From NCBI GenBank assembly GCA_040285855.1, contig JAUFOQ010000002.1:3472001-3536000 (forward strand): DNA of 64,000 nucleotides, given 5' to 3'. The notes under the pieces are model-generated. The model searched no databases. It saw only the letters and a list, made by a program, of their open reading frames with translations, and was not told where the DNA came from. The stretch comes from Eukaryota sp. GEM-RC1 (lineage: Eukaryota). Within the stretch, counting starts at the first letter, position 1. Each line of letters starts with the position of its first letter. A program made the translations under genes and the position numbers. Below, piece by piece: positions 1 to 11,745 of this stretch.

Positions 1-799
1 TTGATGAACTGAACCGGTTCAGTTCAAGTGTTTGTGAACCGGTTCTGAACCGATTGAACCGATCATTTTTAGATGTTTGAACTAACACATTAAAATATAA
101 TTATATTAGCACATGCGTTTTTGATAAGGCACCACAGATGTAAATCCAATAGAAAATGGGACATTTATTGAGAAATTGTAGGTTTGTGTACACTGTATAT
201 TGTTTCCTCCCACCTAGACCGCACTTTACTTATCTTCAAAATCTTCTCTTAACATGATGGACATCTCTGACGATGATTTGTCGTGTTACAGGGTTTCTGA
301 TAACACTGATGACTCTCAGAATGTTGCTGTTACTATCGATGACTCTTCTTCTGTCATTAATTCAACATTAAACCAACAAACAATCTTATCCTCGTTTATC
401 ATCTTTATTTTTCTCAAAAGCTTCTATTCAACCCACTAGTGTTGCATCTGAACGTTTATTTTCACTTGCTGGACTTATTGCCAATACAAAGAGGGCGAAA
501 TTAAGTGAAGAGTCTCTACAATCTCTTGTATGTCTGGACTCATGGCTTAAATCAAACCTAGATTAGTACATGACATGTAGATAACTCTATTTTCAAGCAA
601 ATAAATTTATGTTTTCGTTCACTTTATTGACAAATTTGAGTTGAAGTCTTTTATTGAGTACACTTATTAAACTGAACCACAGTTCAGAACCGGTTCAGTA
701 CCAGTTCAGTTCAGTTCAGCGAGGTGGTGAACCGGTTCAGCACCGGTTCATACTAGTAGTGAACTGAACTGAACTGAACCGAACCATTTAACATCCCTA
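1..799 (+). mobile_element. Non-autonomous hAT DNA transposon (right part; left end outside the window) with a transposase C-terminal dimerization-domain remnant
   Basis: 423-566 translates SIQPTSVASERLFSLAGLIANTKRAKLSEESLQSLVCLDSWLK, a hAT dimerization motif. GAACTGAACC/GGTTCAGTTC subterminal repeats lie at 1-60 and 670-790. The element ends in CCATTTAACATCCCTA (TAGGGATG-type TIR). Confidence 0.85.
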
Positions 800-1017
800 C
801 TAAATTATTAATAATATATTCAAAGATAAGATTTGCAATGTGTAATTCTCAGCGATCTGATCTTAACAAAACTTATAATCAAATTTCTTGTTCATTCTTT
901 TTTGACAACTTTCTCAAAATAAGAGAGAAAACAAACGGCATCTTTACCAAATCGACCATAAATTGAAATTGCAAAATGACATCACATCATTACAAACATC
1001 GATAGACATAACATTAG

Positions 1018-1185
1018 CACAACAACACTACAGTGTACATACATCTCATAATCAATATCCTCAAAGTCCAGATTGCCTATCTGGAAATTCTCACCTACCT
1101 TATCCTCATAATGTCTGCCAAGAGATTATAAAAGCGCTAGATACAGAAGTCACCAAACCTTTAAAGATAGCAAACACAATTGATC
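1018..1185 (-). mobile_element. 3' fragment of RLE non-LTR retrotransposon, family C
   Basis: Closely matches 16048-16210, 26484-26710 (opposite strand) and 63594-63765. The consensus encodes RIVFAIFKGMVTSVSSALLSLGRHYEDKVGENFQLGNLDFEDIDY*, homologous to the C-termini of the other RLE families here. Confidence 0.75.
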
Positions 1186-1786
1186 TTTCATTATTCTGTT
1201 GTAATTTTTAGACAAAACTGAGGACTGGTCAAACACTTTCAGGTATTTCAGACATAGATTCTGAGAAACAATGAGATCAAACGTCAAAAGGTAATTTGAT
1301 CAATACTTCATTTAAGTCAAATAAATATTTACATGAACAGGGTTAGCAAGTGAAATATCATTAGGAAATCGATTAACAAATTCAAAAATGAAATTTGTTT
1401 CCGCCTAAAAAGCAAAAAACTGGACGAAACCAACAGCACAAAAATGAGCAGCAGTAAACAAGTTACTTGTAAGCAACGTTGAATCAACTTCTAACAAAGA
1501 TGCAGAAAAAATGAATCAACAATTAATTATAAATTGTACACTGTAGTGTTGTTGTCAATTAAAGTACTAGTATTCTGCTCAAAAAAAATTAATTTCAAAA
1601 TCTACAAAAATTCAGATAAATTGAGTGAGCAGTAGATCTCAAAATAAATAAAAAATCCTACATGTAGTTTGTTAATACATGTATGCGTAATGAAATTAAC
1701 ATCTTCGATTTGAATCAACAGATTTTCTTCCAAATTGTTGACTACAAATCTCATAATACTCTGAATCGTCTTCCCTTAATACCTTG

Positions 1787-2122
1787 ATGCTGAGATGCTG
1801 GTTCTCTAAATCCAAGAGTTTTGTATCAAATCATCCCTGTTTCATTACTGGCTCGTCAGTAATTCTCCTTGGTTCATTATACCATATCCAACGACGACGT
1901 ACTTCAGGCGGATTCTTGCCCAAGATGAATCACACAGAAGCATGTCAGATTCTGAATGTTTCCAAGTTGGAATCACTGTCAGCACCTACTGTACATGATT
2001 GTTATCAGAAACTACTGGCTCGAAATCACCCAGATAAAGGTGGTTCTACCTATATCAGCGCTAAGATCAATGAAGCCAAGAATCTTTTGTTAAAAACTCT
2101 TCCTGGATCATTATTTGAGTAA
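1787..2122 (+). CDS. PAM18: Mitochondrial import motor J-protein Pam18/Tim14 (DNAJC19-like)
   Basis: A hydrophobic N-terminal segment precedes GGFLPKMNHTEACQILNV and NHPDKGGSTYISAKINEAK, which are Pam18 signatures. Confidence 0.88.
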   Translation: MLRCWFSKSKSFVSNHPCFITGSSVILLGSLYHIQRRRTSGGFLPKMNHTEACQILNVSKLESLSAPTVHDCYQKLLARNHPDKGGSTYISAKINEAKNLLLKTLPGSLFE

Positions 2123-2234
2123 GATGATTCATCGCATGTTTGATGTCTAGATTTTCTTTTACGAAGTTTTCTGTACATTTTTACTACTAGTATTAAAGAA
2201 TTTTCAAACAAAATCATTTACACAAAAAATAAGT

Positions 2235-2927
2235 CTATCCTCTCAAGTTATTAAATCTCGCCTCCAAATCGTCATCAAAATTAGTCTCTTTTGATGGAGG
2301 AGCAGCCATCAAGGGGAAATCCACATGAGGTAAGGGTCCGTCGTCAATACCCAGATCTGTTGGAGAGTAACTAGTTCCAGTCGGCTGCCAGTCAATCCCA
2401 TACTCTTGAGCTAAGGTTTGTAAAGCCATGTCGGAGTGACTCTTCAAAATGTCAGAAACAGACAGTTTTTGAAGGACTTTTTGATTGACAAAGCCTCTGC
2501 GGTTCTCTACACATTGCATAATGTACTCAGTACCATACTTGGACGCCATATCTGAACGGAAATCTAACAGCTCGGGAATTTCGCACATTCCAGAGGCATA
2601 TACTAAGGTTTGGATTGATTCCTCAACATTGGAGGGGGGAGTACCACCAGAGGACTGTGAAATAATGGTCATTCTGGGGACAACCATTTCAATCATGTTA
2701 CTGAGTAGTTCATAGGCTTCAATCAGAAAGCTCTCGCGGATGGTTTGTTCAACTTTGATACGTGCTATTTCTTCCTTTTGTTTGGAAAGAAGATCAGCAA
2801 TTTGACGACGTTCAGCGGCTATCAGATTAGACTTTTTGTTTTGCAGCTGGGACATGCGTATACGAGCAGTTTTAAGATGAACAAGACATTTTTGTGCATT
2901 GAAAGGTTTTGTGTTGGAGCCACCCAT
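2235..2927 (-). CDS. IST1: IST1 (ESCRT-III-like regulator of Vps4)
   Basis: Ist1 domain motifs LKTARIRM...RRQIADLL...ARIKVEQTIRE...EAYELL, and a C-terminal MIM-like DDDLEARFNNLR. Confidence 0.92.
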   Translation of the reverse strand: MGGSNTKPFNAQKCLVHLKTARIRMSQLQNKKSNLIAAERRQIADLLSKQKEEIARIKVEQTIRESFLIEAYELLSNMIEMVVPRMTIISQSSGGTPPSNVEESIQTLVYASGMCEIPELLDFRSDMASKYGTEYIMQCVENRRGFVNQKVLQKLSVSDILKSHSDMALQTLAQEYGIDWQPTGTSYSPTDLGIDDGPLPHVDFPLMAAPPSKETNFDDDLEARFNNLRG

Positions 2928-3007
2928 TTATAAGAGACAGAGAATTTTCTGTCTTGAGATTATTTTGTCTGATACAGTATCAACTACTACTATTAGTGTA
3001 CTAGTAG

Positions 3008-3727
3008 ATGGACTTATTCAATGAACCTGAGGACTACTTCCAACCAGATCATGACTTCTTCTTCACAGACTTTTGTGACTCATCACACAGCTTTCAACTA
3101 TCACACAGCTTTCAACTAAGAGCAAAAAGCCATCCTCTCTATGGTCATGTAGTGTCCAATGCTGCTCGTTTCCTCTGCACTCATCTCTCATCTCTCCCAC
3201 CTCTATCATCCTCCATTGTTGTTGAACTTGGCTCAGGAACTGGTCTGGTGGGTATTTATGCCAGTCTTCTTGGTACCAAACATACTTTCATCACGGACTA
3301 TCCTGATCAAGAACTACTCGACAACATTTCCTTCAATTGCAACAGTATCATTCCCACCAAACCCCACTCTGTAGTGGGATTCAAATGGGGCCAAGCAGTG
3401 CCTCCTAGTATACCCAAAGGAAAGGCTGATGTTGTTATCTGTGCTGATCTAGTCTTCAACCACCACTGTCACAAGGATTTAGCTAAATCGATTAAAGATC
3501 TTCTTGCTCCCTCTGGTTGTGCGCTCTTTGCTTTCTCTCATCATCGACCTTTACTAGTAGATGAAGATCTTGAGTTCTTTAATGTCTGTGATCAAGTTGG
3601 ATTACGCTCTTCTCTTGTTGAGGTTGATTCTTCATTTACACCACTTTTTGGAGAAGATATGCATCATTCCCTTGATGTCGATGGGGTAGTACGTGGACCT
3701 GTATACTTTTATAAGGTTTATTTGTAA
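3008..3727 (+). CDS. EFM7: Protein N-terminal/lysine methyltransferase EFM7/NNT1-like
   Basis: N-terminal DLFNEPEDYF, SHPLYGH, SAM motif VVELGSGTGL, TDYPD, ADLVFNH and FSHHRP. Confidence 0.85.
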   Translation: MDLFNEPEDYFQPDHDFFFTDFCDSSHSFQLSHSFQLRAKSHPLYGHVVSNAARFLCTHLSSLPPLSSSIVVELGSGTGLVGIYASLLGTKHTFITDYPDQELLDNISFNCNSIIPTKPHSVVGFKWGQAVPPSIPKGKADVVICADLVFNHHCHKDLAKSIKDLLAPSGCALFAFSHHRPLLVDEDLEFFNVCDQVGLRSSLVEVDSSFTPLFGEDMHHSLDVDGVVRGPVYFYKVYL

Positions 3728-4266
3728 ATTAATGTGTCTGTTTATTGTTTTGAGTTTGTTGATTTCTTTTCTTTAAGGAAAGTTTAGTTTCTTTATTGGT
3801 GTTCAAAAGAAGTTTAGTCTGACTTATTTATCTTAGTACAATGTATATGTGACGCTGGGTTTGTAATTGCCCTTGATTTAGTAAGGGTTATTAATAAATA
3901 TCGAATCTTTAAGTAAAGAAGCACCTAATGTCATTTTCTTTCTCCACATCTTCCTTTTTCAAAAACACGTGGTATTTGTGAGTGGGACGGATCTCTAGTA
4001 ATGACACGTGGCAGTTGACACGTGGTAGTTTCGGTTTTCTACCAGTTTATGCTATTTTTCCTACACGTTAAAAACCAAATACATGTTTTTTTCAAAAAAA
4101 TTCAAGAATCTTGGTAAACCTAGAGCAGATGTTGTTGTCCCTTCTTCTTCAGACAAATTGTTTGTTGTCGATGTGGTGTCAGTGGATGTTTGTAAAAAGA
4201 CATCTTTAAAGAATGCTTATTCACTTCCCCTTTAGACATTTCTGAACAGGCCAAACAGGATAAGTA

Positions 4267-5486
4267 CACCGATTGTTTCCAATTAGTCTCACTAACAAAT
4301 TAGCCTCTGTTGAGGTCACTGGAAATCAATAATTCAAAAAATAGTGATTCTGATAAGACTTTTGGTAAAAGAAGAGCTGATGTCATAGTTCCATCAGTCA
4401 ACGATGAACTAACCGTTGTTGATGTGATTACTGTGGATGTTTGCAAAAAAGTGCTTTCAAGGATGCTAAAAATGAAGTTTCTCCACTGAATTCTTCAGAA
4501 CAATACAAGAGAAACAAATATGATGAACCACTGACTGCTCTCAAACATATTAGACATGTTGAGTACAAATTATGTCCTTTTGCAATTTCAATTTATGGCC
4601 GACTTGGTGGAGATGCTCTTTGTTTTCTCTCCGATTTTGAGAAAGTGGTTAAAAAAAGAATGAACAAGAAATTTGATTTCAAATTTTGGTTGAATCGTAT
4701 TGTTTTTACAATATTTAAAACAATTCCTATCATGATTTCAAAAGCTCTATTAGCTCTCAGTGTTTTTTATGAAGAAAAAGCTGATGTGAGTTTTAATGGC
4801 AATGATTGTTGCTTTAATGATATTGAGTTCTAGTATTTGTGTTTATTTTAGTGTTTTTGTTCTATAAAAGAGATGAATAAAAAAAAATAAAAAAAATAGA
4901 CTAGAAAATAGTCTCAGTGAGACTAATTCCGATATGAGAGTTTCAATTTTGACCTCCCAAATACAACTTTTGTTGTTTTTAACGAGAAAGATGTAACAAA
5001 AATACAAATGATTGAATGAGCTTTTACAATTGGAAGAACTTTTATACTGATAAGATCAACTTAACACTGTACTTAACCATATGATTCCCCATTCACCAAT
5101 CTAAATCATTTTTTATGGCTTCACTCGTAGCTTTAAGGCTCAGAACATCTTCCAAGTTCCATTTGGAGATGATACTGGACTTTGGTATGAATATCAGTTG
5201 AACTTTGGTCTTCAAGAAATCACGAAGAAACACAGATGGATCAAGGGCAGAGTTTATTTGTTAAAGAGATTGGTAACTTGAAGTAGGGGAAGTGTTTCAA
5301 AGAAAAATGATGTCATGTTTATACATATTTAGTGAGACTAATACAATTGCGAAATAATTAGTCTCAGTGAGACTATTTGCAATTACTCTCACTAGAAATT
5401 AGTCTCAGTGAGACTAATTCCGATATGTGACAAATGAAAATGATGTACGGTATTAGTCTCAGTGAGACTAATTGAAACAATCGGTG
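4267..5486. mobile_element. Non-autonomous TIR element with TA target duplication (Tc1/mariner-like behaviour)
   Basis: Termini are CACCGATTGTTTCCAATTAGTCTCACT ... AGTGAGACTAATTGAAACAATCGGTG. TA is duplicated at 4265-66 and 5487-88. Internal palindromic TAGTCTCAGTGAGACTA repeats are present. Confidence 0.85.
4325..4898 (+). mobile_element. 5'-truncated RLE retrotransposon (family B1) with A-rich tail, nested in the TIR element
   Basis: Encodes KRRADVIVPS...DVITVDVC...PFAISIYGRLG...WLNRIVFTIFK and ends in an A-rich tail. A second copy lies at 34135-34712. Confidence 0.8.
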
Positions 5487-5805
5487 TACAAGAAACCTTT
5501 GATGGCTTTAAAACATGTAAAACATGTTGAATACGAATTATGTCCTTTTGCTGTTTCAATTTACGGACGTCCAGGAAAAGTGCATTGAATTTTTTAAACG
5601 ATTTCGGAAAAATCGTAAAAAATAGAATGAACAAACTTTTGATCATATGTTATGGTTGGATCGAATCGTTTTTACTGTTTTTAGAACATTTCCCTAATCA
5701 TCTCCAAAGCTTTCCTAGCTCTGAGTCCCTCTGAGTTAGGACAAAGCTGTTTTGAGATTGGATTGTGACCGGTGTTGTTTTAAAGAATACTACATGTAGT
5801 ATCCA

Positions 5806-6112
5806 CTTTGTCCGATACCCAATAAGGTAAACTTCCTACAAAACTATGAAATTGTAAAAACAAACAAATAATACTAAGATTAAATCCAAACGACTTCATC
5901 CCTATTCGGTAAAAGATTACGTTTTTCAACATTAACCTTCACACCAAACTTGTACAATTTCTCAATTAATCGAGAGAAAGAAGACATATTTCGTTATATG
6001 GAAGACACAATACGGTTTTTCCATTCAGCCGTTCTAAACTTACGCTTCGTTTCTTTACAAAATTCTTCAAAATCCTTGAAAAATTGATCACCGATCCAAA
6101 AAGAGAAACAAG
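5806..6112 (-). mobile_element. RLE retrotransposon family A 3' fragment
   Basis: Reverse complement matches about 36450-36771. Confidence 0.8.
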
Positions 6113-6849
6113 ATCTGTTACAAACATCTACTCTAAAACCATTAACAGAAGGCCACCTATATTGCTAGTTTGTTATACCATTGTTAGTACAATTGGGCCA
6201 TGTATTATAAAACGACTTGCAGAAATACAATCTTCTGCTGAATTTTCTAAACGTTCCACTACTGTACGTCAACCGATTATCCTAGATGACTTAACAGTGA
6301 AACACCGATCAAAGTCAGGTGACAAAAATTGAGAAACTCTTAAGAAACAAAAAACGGGGTTTATGATCAATCAGTGAAATAAATGCATTTGCTCATAAGA
6401 ATGCACATTACAAAATTGAAAAATACCAAACCATGGGAAGTTGTGCACTCTAGTTTCACTACTGACAGTTGGTGGTGATGATTCAAAACCACGATGAGAC
6501 GAGCTACACGACACTCAGTTTGATCCTGTTTTGAAGATGTACGTGTAGTCTTTGGAAACTATGATTTCGAGTTCAAACTTTTTGACCTACAAGAAGTAAA
6601 TTAAGACGTTTTACAACTAATGTAACAAATAGTGTCCAAAGTCACATCATTGAATAACTATAAAACTCCACGTCAGTTCTTTCCGCGGACCAAATGAACA
6701 TTTGAACCCTCGGTGCATTTCAGAATAGAAAATACAATTGGATTGATAAATATAAAGAAGTCTAAGAATGCGTACCGAAGAGGTGAACCATGATAACCAT
6801 GAAGATCATTTACGTTTGCAGTCATTGGAATCAATACTGTTAGTTTAAA

Positions 6850-6990
6850 ACTTGCAATTACAGGAAAAAAATACACACTTAACACAGTATTTTGTATTGT
6901 ATTTGTATTCTGTATCTGTATTGTATTTTTGTATTCTGTATTTTTTGTATTCTGTATTGTATAATTTTTTTGTCCGTGTATTTTGCAACT
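6850..6990. repeat. TGTATT/AATACA-rich repeat tract, probably subterminal repeats of a decayed DNA transposon
   Basis: Many TGTATT units; a similar AATACA tract lies at 16456-16535. Confidence 0.5.
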
Positions 6991-7227
6991 ATGCTTTAAA
7001 GTACACAGTGTCTCAGGCACACGTGTTTACACGTGTTAGAAGTAATACTTATTTTGAAATTAAAGCATTGCATGTACTGTAGTTGAGACCGGAGGAAAGT
7101 ATCAAATCACTTTGTGTTGGATACAACCAATAATGGTTTATGTACAAAAATATATAGAAACAGGGGAGAAACTAGAACAAAAGTTAATAAGCAACTACTA
7201 TCTACAAGACCTCTAATACCATTCGTT

Positions 7228-7830
7228 CTACAGGAAAGGACTTTCGTCAAAGGAAGGACATTTTTGCAGTGGGTTCATTATAAGGAACAACCTTTGGGAA
7301 CCTGGAGCATGGAAAATGGCGTAGATCTTACCAGTTTTCCGACATATCTCAGTGAAATAAGTGCCACACTTGATGCTGGAATTATTGACTTTGTCTGACA
7401 GAATGGTAAGCTCCTTCAGTACAAACAATAAATGTGAGTGCTGTGAGAGAGTCTTATGTAAGTCGTCTGATGGCTCTGTGAAGAGGTCTGAATCGTCAGA
7501 TTGTCTCATCTTTTCTCGGATTGACGGTAGTAGCCTCCACATAAAGCAAAGTTCCCTGGAGTCTAGTGTGTCTGCAGTTGACCCGCTGTATAAATGAGGA
7601 GTAAAGAAGGAGTTTTGTTTACCGTCAATTATCTCAGCACGGAAGAGTGAAGGGACTGCTTCAGATACTGAATCTGTTGGATCAATCGTAACTGTTGTAT
7701 GCATTACACCAGTAAAGCTGGTAGGTGAATCAAACTGTTTCACTTGCAGGGTAACATCTAGAGGGTCTGAGTTACGAGATCGTCGTTGTTCTCCTTTGAA
7801 GTGGTTATATGCTGAGCAAAGATAAGGCAT
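7228..7830 (-). CDS. GID4/Vid24-like protein (divergent)
   Basis: FKGEQ...DVTLQVK...FRAEIIDGKQNSFFT...LLFVLKE...GTYFTEICRKTGKIYAIFH follows the motif order of the GID4/Vid24 beta-barrel. Confidence 0.6.
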   Translation of the reverse strand: MPYLCSAYNHFKGEQRRSRNSDPLDVTLQVKQFDSPTSFTGVMHTTVTIDPTDSVSEAVPSLFRAEIIDGKQNSFFTPHLYSGSTADTLDSRELCFMWRLLPSIREKMRQSDDSDLFTEPSDDLHKTLSQHSHLLFVLKELTILSDKVNNSSIKCGTYFTEICRKTGKIYAIFHAPGSQRLFLIMNPLQKCPSFDESPFL

Positions 7831-8880
7831 TTGGATTTTTCAACCTAGACTAAAGAAATACCTCAAAATTTCTTCTCACTGCAATACTTCTACAGTACAT
7901 GTAGAATGTAGTTGTACTAGCTACACCGCAGGGGTATGAAAACAATAAAGCTCCAATAAAGCTCCAATATTTACTTCCGCTCTTTGAGGTGGATCAATAT
8001 TGTATTGTTACAGCAGTGAATTACATGTATTGAAATATTGCAATATTGCCAATGTACTTCGAGTTGTTACATTGCGTTGTTTTGCTTCACCATTTGGACT
8101 TCCAATTGTTGTTTTAGGGGTTTAAATATAATGAGAGTTGTTTTATTTTTAATGATTTCTAGTTGTTGTATAGTCATAATGTCTGTTCAGTTCGAGTGTT
8201 TACTGAAGTACTATATACATTCTTTCCTCTGAAGTGATTGTCTCTGAAGCCCTCCAGTCTTGAACTGTAGATAACGATGGAAAAAACAGTGATTTTCGGG
8301 ACTTATCATGAGCAGTAAAAAATTGGAAGATGTAGACAATGGTATTAAGACTATTTCGGATGATAGTACTGTATACTGATGATAGTTTGTATTTGTAAAA
8401 GTAAATAAAAGGCGTTTTTTTCGGATACTTCTGATGATGATGTATCAGTGCAACTCTACTAAAAACCAACATCAACGATCTAGTGCAAGTCACCGTTCTA
8501 GTGAACACAATGTATTGGATAATCCAAGTTTCTTCAAACAAGCTACAATAAGTCAGATAATAAGATGGTCTAAACCAAATTGAAAAATTGAGATTCTATG
8601 ATTTGTGAATGAGAAGCAGTGCCATGTGTGCCCGCAACAACGGAAACAAATAAAACAGAAAAACAATTAATACACAGAAACAATTGACACCGAACTAGAA
8701 ATAGTGTTGTTCGACTGTATAGACGAACCCGTCACCGTCATGGATTACACACACAAGTGTGGTGGACATAGATTATTTGACAAGAACTTCCTTCAAAGGA
8801 AATACATTGTGATGGTTATTAGTAGAAAAGACGTCCTACAACTCGGATGAATTTCCTATTTTAGTTTCTTTCAGGATTCA

Positions 8881-10176
8881 ATGTCGTCACCTTTATGTGA
8901 ACCCTTCTTTAAGGATCAAAATATTGCACTGGCACTCTTGCATAAATCGTCTAGAAGATTCTCTTTCTCCGAAAAGAAGAGGAGTCTAGGTTTACGTTCT
9001 CGCAGTGCTTCTCTCCATGAGCCTTTGGCTTGTTCTGTTTCATCTCTCGACAGCTTTAAGATCTTGAAAACTTTGTCCAGATCTAAGCTGTCAACTGTTC
9101 TTCTCGTGTTTCATCCCATTCTCAAAACAGTTGTCATCAAAACATACAATCTGCGATCGACATCTCTCGTCTCTTCTGATACGATAATGCTTGAGAAGAT
9201 GAATCAATGTGAAGCCTCAATCTTGAAAAAGATCAGTCACCCAAATATTGTTCGTCTACTTGATACCTTTGAAGATCAGGACAAGAACAAACGATATCTT
9301 GTTCTAGAGTACGTTCAAGGCGGTGCTTTAGCTTCAGATTCGTCCGTAACCGGTGATCCTCTGCCTGTCTCTTCTGTTTGGGGTTACTTTTGTGATTTAG
9401 CCAATGCTATGGAATACCTCCATGAACTGAACATCATTCATCGAGACATTAAACCAAGTAACCTCCTACTAACTTCAGATGATCACGTCAAGCTGTCTGA
9501 TTTTGGAGTTTCCACTGACATTTCTTCACAAACGCAAAGTGCGATTGCACTAACGGGATCGTCCGCGTTCCTTGCTCCTGAACTTGTCTCCGGCTACCTG
9601 GCTAGAGCTGGTAAATCTTCTGACGTTTGGTCTGCAGGTGTTACTCTGTACTTTATGTTGTTTGGACGATTGCCTTTCCATGATCAACAAGTTATCAATG
9701 TGTACCGCAAGATTTGCCATGATGACGTTACATTCCCCCCATTCATTGACCCTTTGCTGGAACATTTCTTGCTTTCAATGTTAGACAAGAACCCTAAGAC
9801 AAGGATAACTGCAGAAGAGCTGAAGACACATCCTTGGATGGTTTGTGGTCCTTATAAAGAGTCAATTACTATAAGTGATCAAGATGAAATTGATGAAAGA
9901 GAAAAGTTGCTAACAGGCTCTCCATCGTCCGTGTCTTCACTACCGTCACATTCATCTGTACGTTCTTTCCTAGACAAAGCATTTGCACCTCTGACGATAG
10001 ATTCATTTCCATCATACAAGAGCTGTCGGTCTTTTTACCAAGAAGAAGTCAAATCTCCATTGGATAAGTTTGATCTTTATCGTTGTTTTTCATCAAGTTC
10101 CATTGATGTGGTGTCGGATGAAGATTGGACGGACGAGGAATCATTTGGACGGTTTGATTCGTCTTTTACTTTTTGA
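8881..10176 (+). CDS. Ser/Thr kinase, CAMKK/SAK1-like (paralog 1)
   Basis: [47 protein letters not shown] and FGRLPF. Confidence 0.85.
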   Translation: MSSPLCEPFFKDQNIALALLHKSSRRFSFSEKKRSLGLRSRSASLHEPLACSVSSLDSFKILKTLSRSKLSTVLLVFHPILKTVVIKTYNLRSTSLVSSDTIMLEKMNQCEASILKKISHPNIVRLLDTFEDQDKNKRYLVLEYVQGGALASDSSVTGDPLPVSSVWGYFCDLANAMEYLHELNIIHRDIKPSNLLLTSDDHVKLSDFGVSTDISSQTQSAIALTGSSAFLAPELVSGYLARAGKSSDVWSAGVTLYFMLFGRLPFHDQQVINVYRKICHDDVTFPPFIDPLLEHFLLSMLDKNPKTRITAEELKTHPWMVCGPYKESITISDQDEIDEREKLLTGSPSSVSSLPSHSSVRSFLDKAFAPLTIDSFPSYKSCRSFYQEEVKSPLDKFDLYRCFSSSSIDVVSDEDWTDEESFGRFDSSFTF

Positions 10177-10639
10177 TCTGTAAATGTTTCCTTGTATTGT
10201 AGTTTGTCCACTTGTATTCATAATAGTTTGTTATAAAAATTTTGTTGATCAACTTGTACAAGCTCGTCAGCTTGTTTTGTATTTAACAGAACCTGAAGAT
10301 AAATTCGAAAAAGAATTAAAATTCGTACAGTATTTTTGACGGGAGCGCTAATGGGCAGCGAAGTAGATTTAAATTTGAACTCACACATTTTTAAAAGCTT
10401 ATTTTAAAAAACGAAAACCAGTCCCAAAAGACACGATGAACCAGCAGTCAATGTGCGTGTAGTCAGAGAACGATGTGTTGAGGTAGAATGGAAGGAGAGT
10501 TGTCATTTAACCGTAATTTACACTTCTAGAAAAAATGCATATACAATTTACAATTATTTGAAGATGAAGTAGTTAAATATGTTGAGTAGTATACTAGATG
10601 TTTTGTTTTAGTCCTCAGACGTATTTTCCAGTATTTTCT

Positions 10640-11520
10640 GAACAACTGGCATCTCTCCTTGCTTATTGACAGTCATTTACTCTCAGAAAGTTGACTCTTA
10701 ATGGATGCCAGTTTTCAGAGGAATCAATCAACCCATTAGGCTCATAATTCTTTGACTTCTATTGACTTACGGATCATTTACAGGACTGTGAATGATCCAT
10801 ACTACCCAATAGTATACGTAGTTCTAGGTATCTTTGGCCGTGATTCTTTGGTAAGTTGTCAATTGAACCAGTTTCAAATTGTCTGGTTTATCCTGTATCT
10901 CAATTATTAACATATGAGGATAAACACATCTAGAAATGAATACAAAGTCCAATTGTTTCTATTCAGAAACATTTTGCTGGGCATATCTTCGTCCTGCCTT
11001 CTAAGTATTGGGTTCCTTATTGTAGTTATTGAAAGCAATATTCAGACGATTTGTGAAACCTTTTGTTAACTTTTTTCTTCTTTGTAGCGAGGATTTCACA
11101 TAAACTATTTGACCAAGTCTTTTTAAGGCCGAATTCTTGTCTACTAAAAAACTAAGTTCTGTCGGGCGGTCTTTCTTTCAGACTTGAGGCAAAATATTCC
11201 TAGAATCTCAAGTGTTTTTGTCAGTCAACAGACAGCATTAAGATCCTCAAGTGGCGACCAAAAGATTGTTAATATGAGACCTGCTTTGTTAATAATGCAC
11301 TGAAAGGACGGACTACAAGAAGTGTTTAACGAAAGATAAAACTACTTGATGAGAAACAGAATCTGAGTCGTTGCAAAATATTACAATATGAATTCTTCTA
11401 AATTGTAACACAAATTCTGTTAATCAATGTATTTATTAATTTTCTGAATACGGCAATCTGCCAATCTTTGCCAATCAATGAGAGAAGTCGTCCCGAATCC
11501 GTCTACAGAAAATGTTATAT
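10640..11520 (+). pseudogene. Possible decayed leucine-rich-repeat gene
   Basis: Short LRR-like pieces (TLRKLTLNGCQFSEE at about 10679; HNSLTSIDLR at about 10743) lie among many stops and frameshifts. Boundaries are uncertain. Confidence 0.3.
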
Positions 11521-11612
11521 AGAAGACACCAGTGAATTGTTGATACAGACTGGTTCAGGCAATTATTAATTTATTTATACAATTAAATAAAGACTGTAAA
11601 CGGAAATGTAAA

Positions 11613-11745
11613 CTTTATTCGGTACGAACCTTCCTAGGAGAATATAAATTTGGGAAAACAAACAAATAGTATTAAGACTAAAACCAAACGACTTCTTCCC
11701 TATCCGCTTAAAGATTATGTTTTTCAACATTAAAATTCACATTAA
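11613..11745 (-). mobile_element. RLE family A 3' end fragment
   Basis: Reverse complement of the family A last codons and 3' UTR ending GTACCGAATAAA. Confidence 0.7.

Larger units (their letters stand above)
4085..5785 (+). mobile_element. RLE retrotransposon 3' fragment (family B2), split by a TIR element into 4085-4266 and 5487-5785
   Basis: Encodes RADVVVPS...DVVSVDVCKK. The two halves join to GGATAAGTACAAGAAACC, as in the uninterrupted copy near 27056-27073. Confidence 0.8.

Noticed and set aside
1018..1185. Multicopy ~170-nt sequence as an snRNA or other ncRNA gene
   Set aside because: Its reverse strand encodes the C-terminus of an RLE retrotransposon ORF.
5330..5475. CRISPR-like array of palindromic repeats with spacers
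   Set aside because: Spacing is irregular, there are no cas genes and the context is eukaryotic. The repeats are subterminal motifs of a TIR element with a TA TSD.
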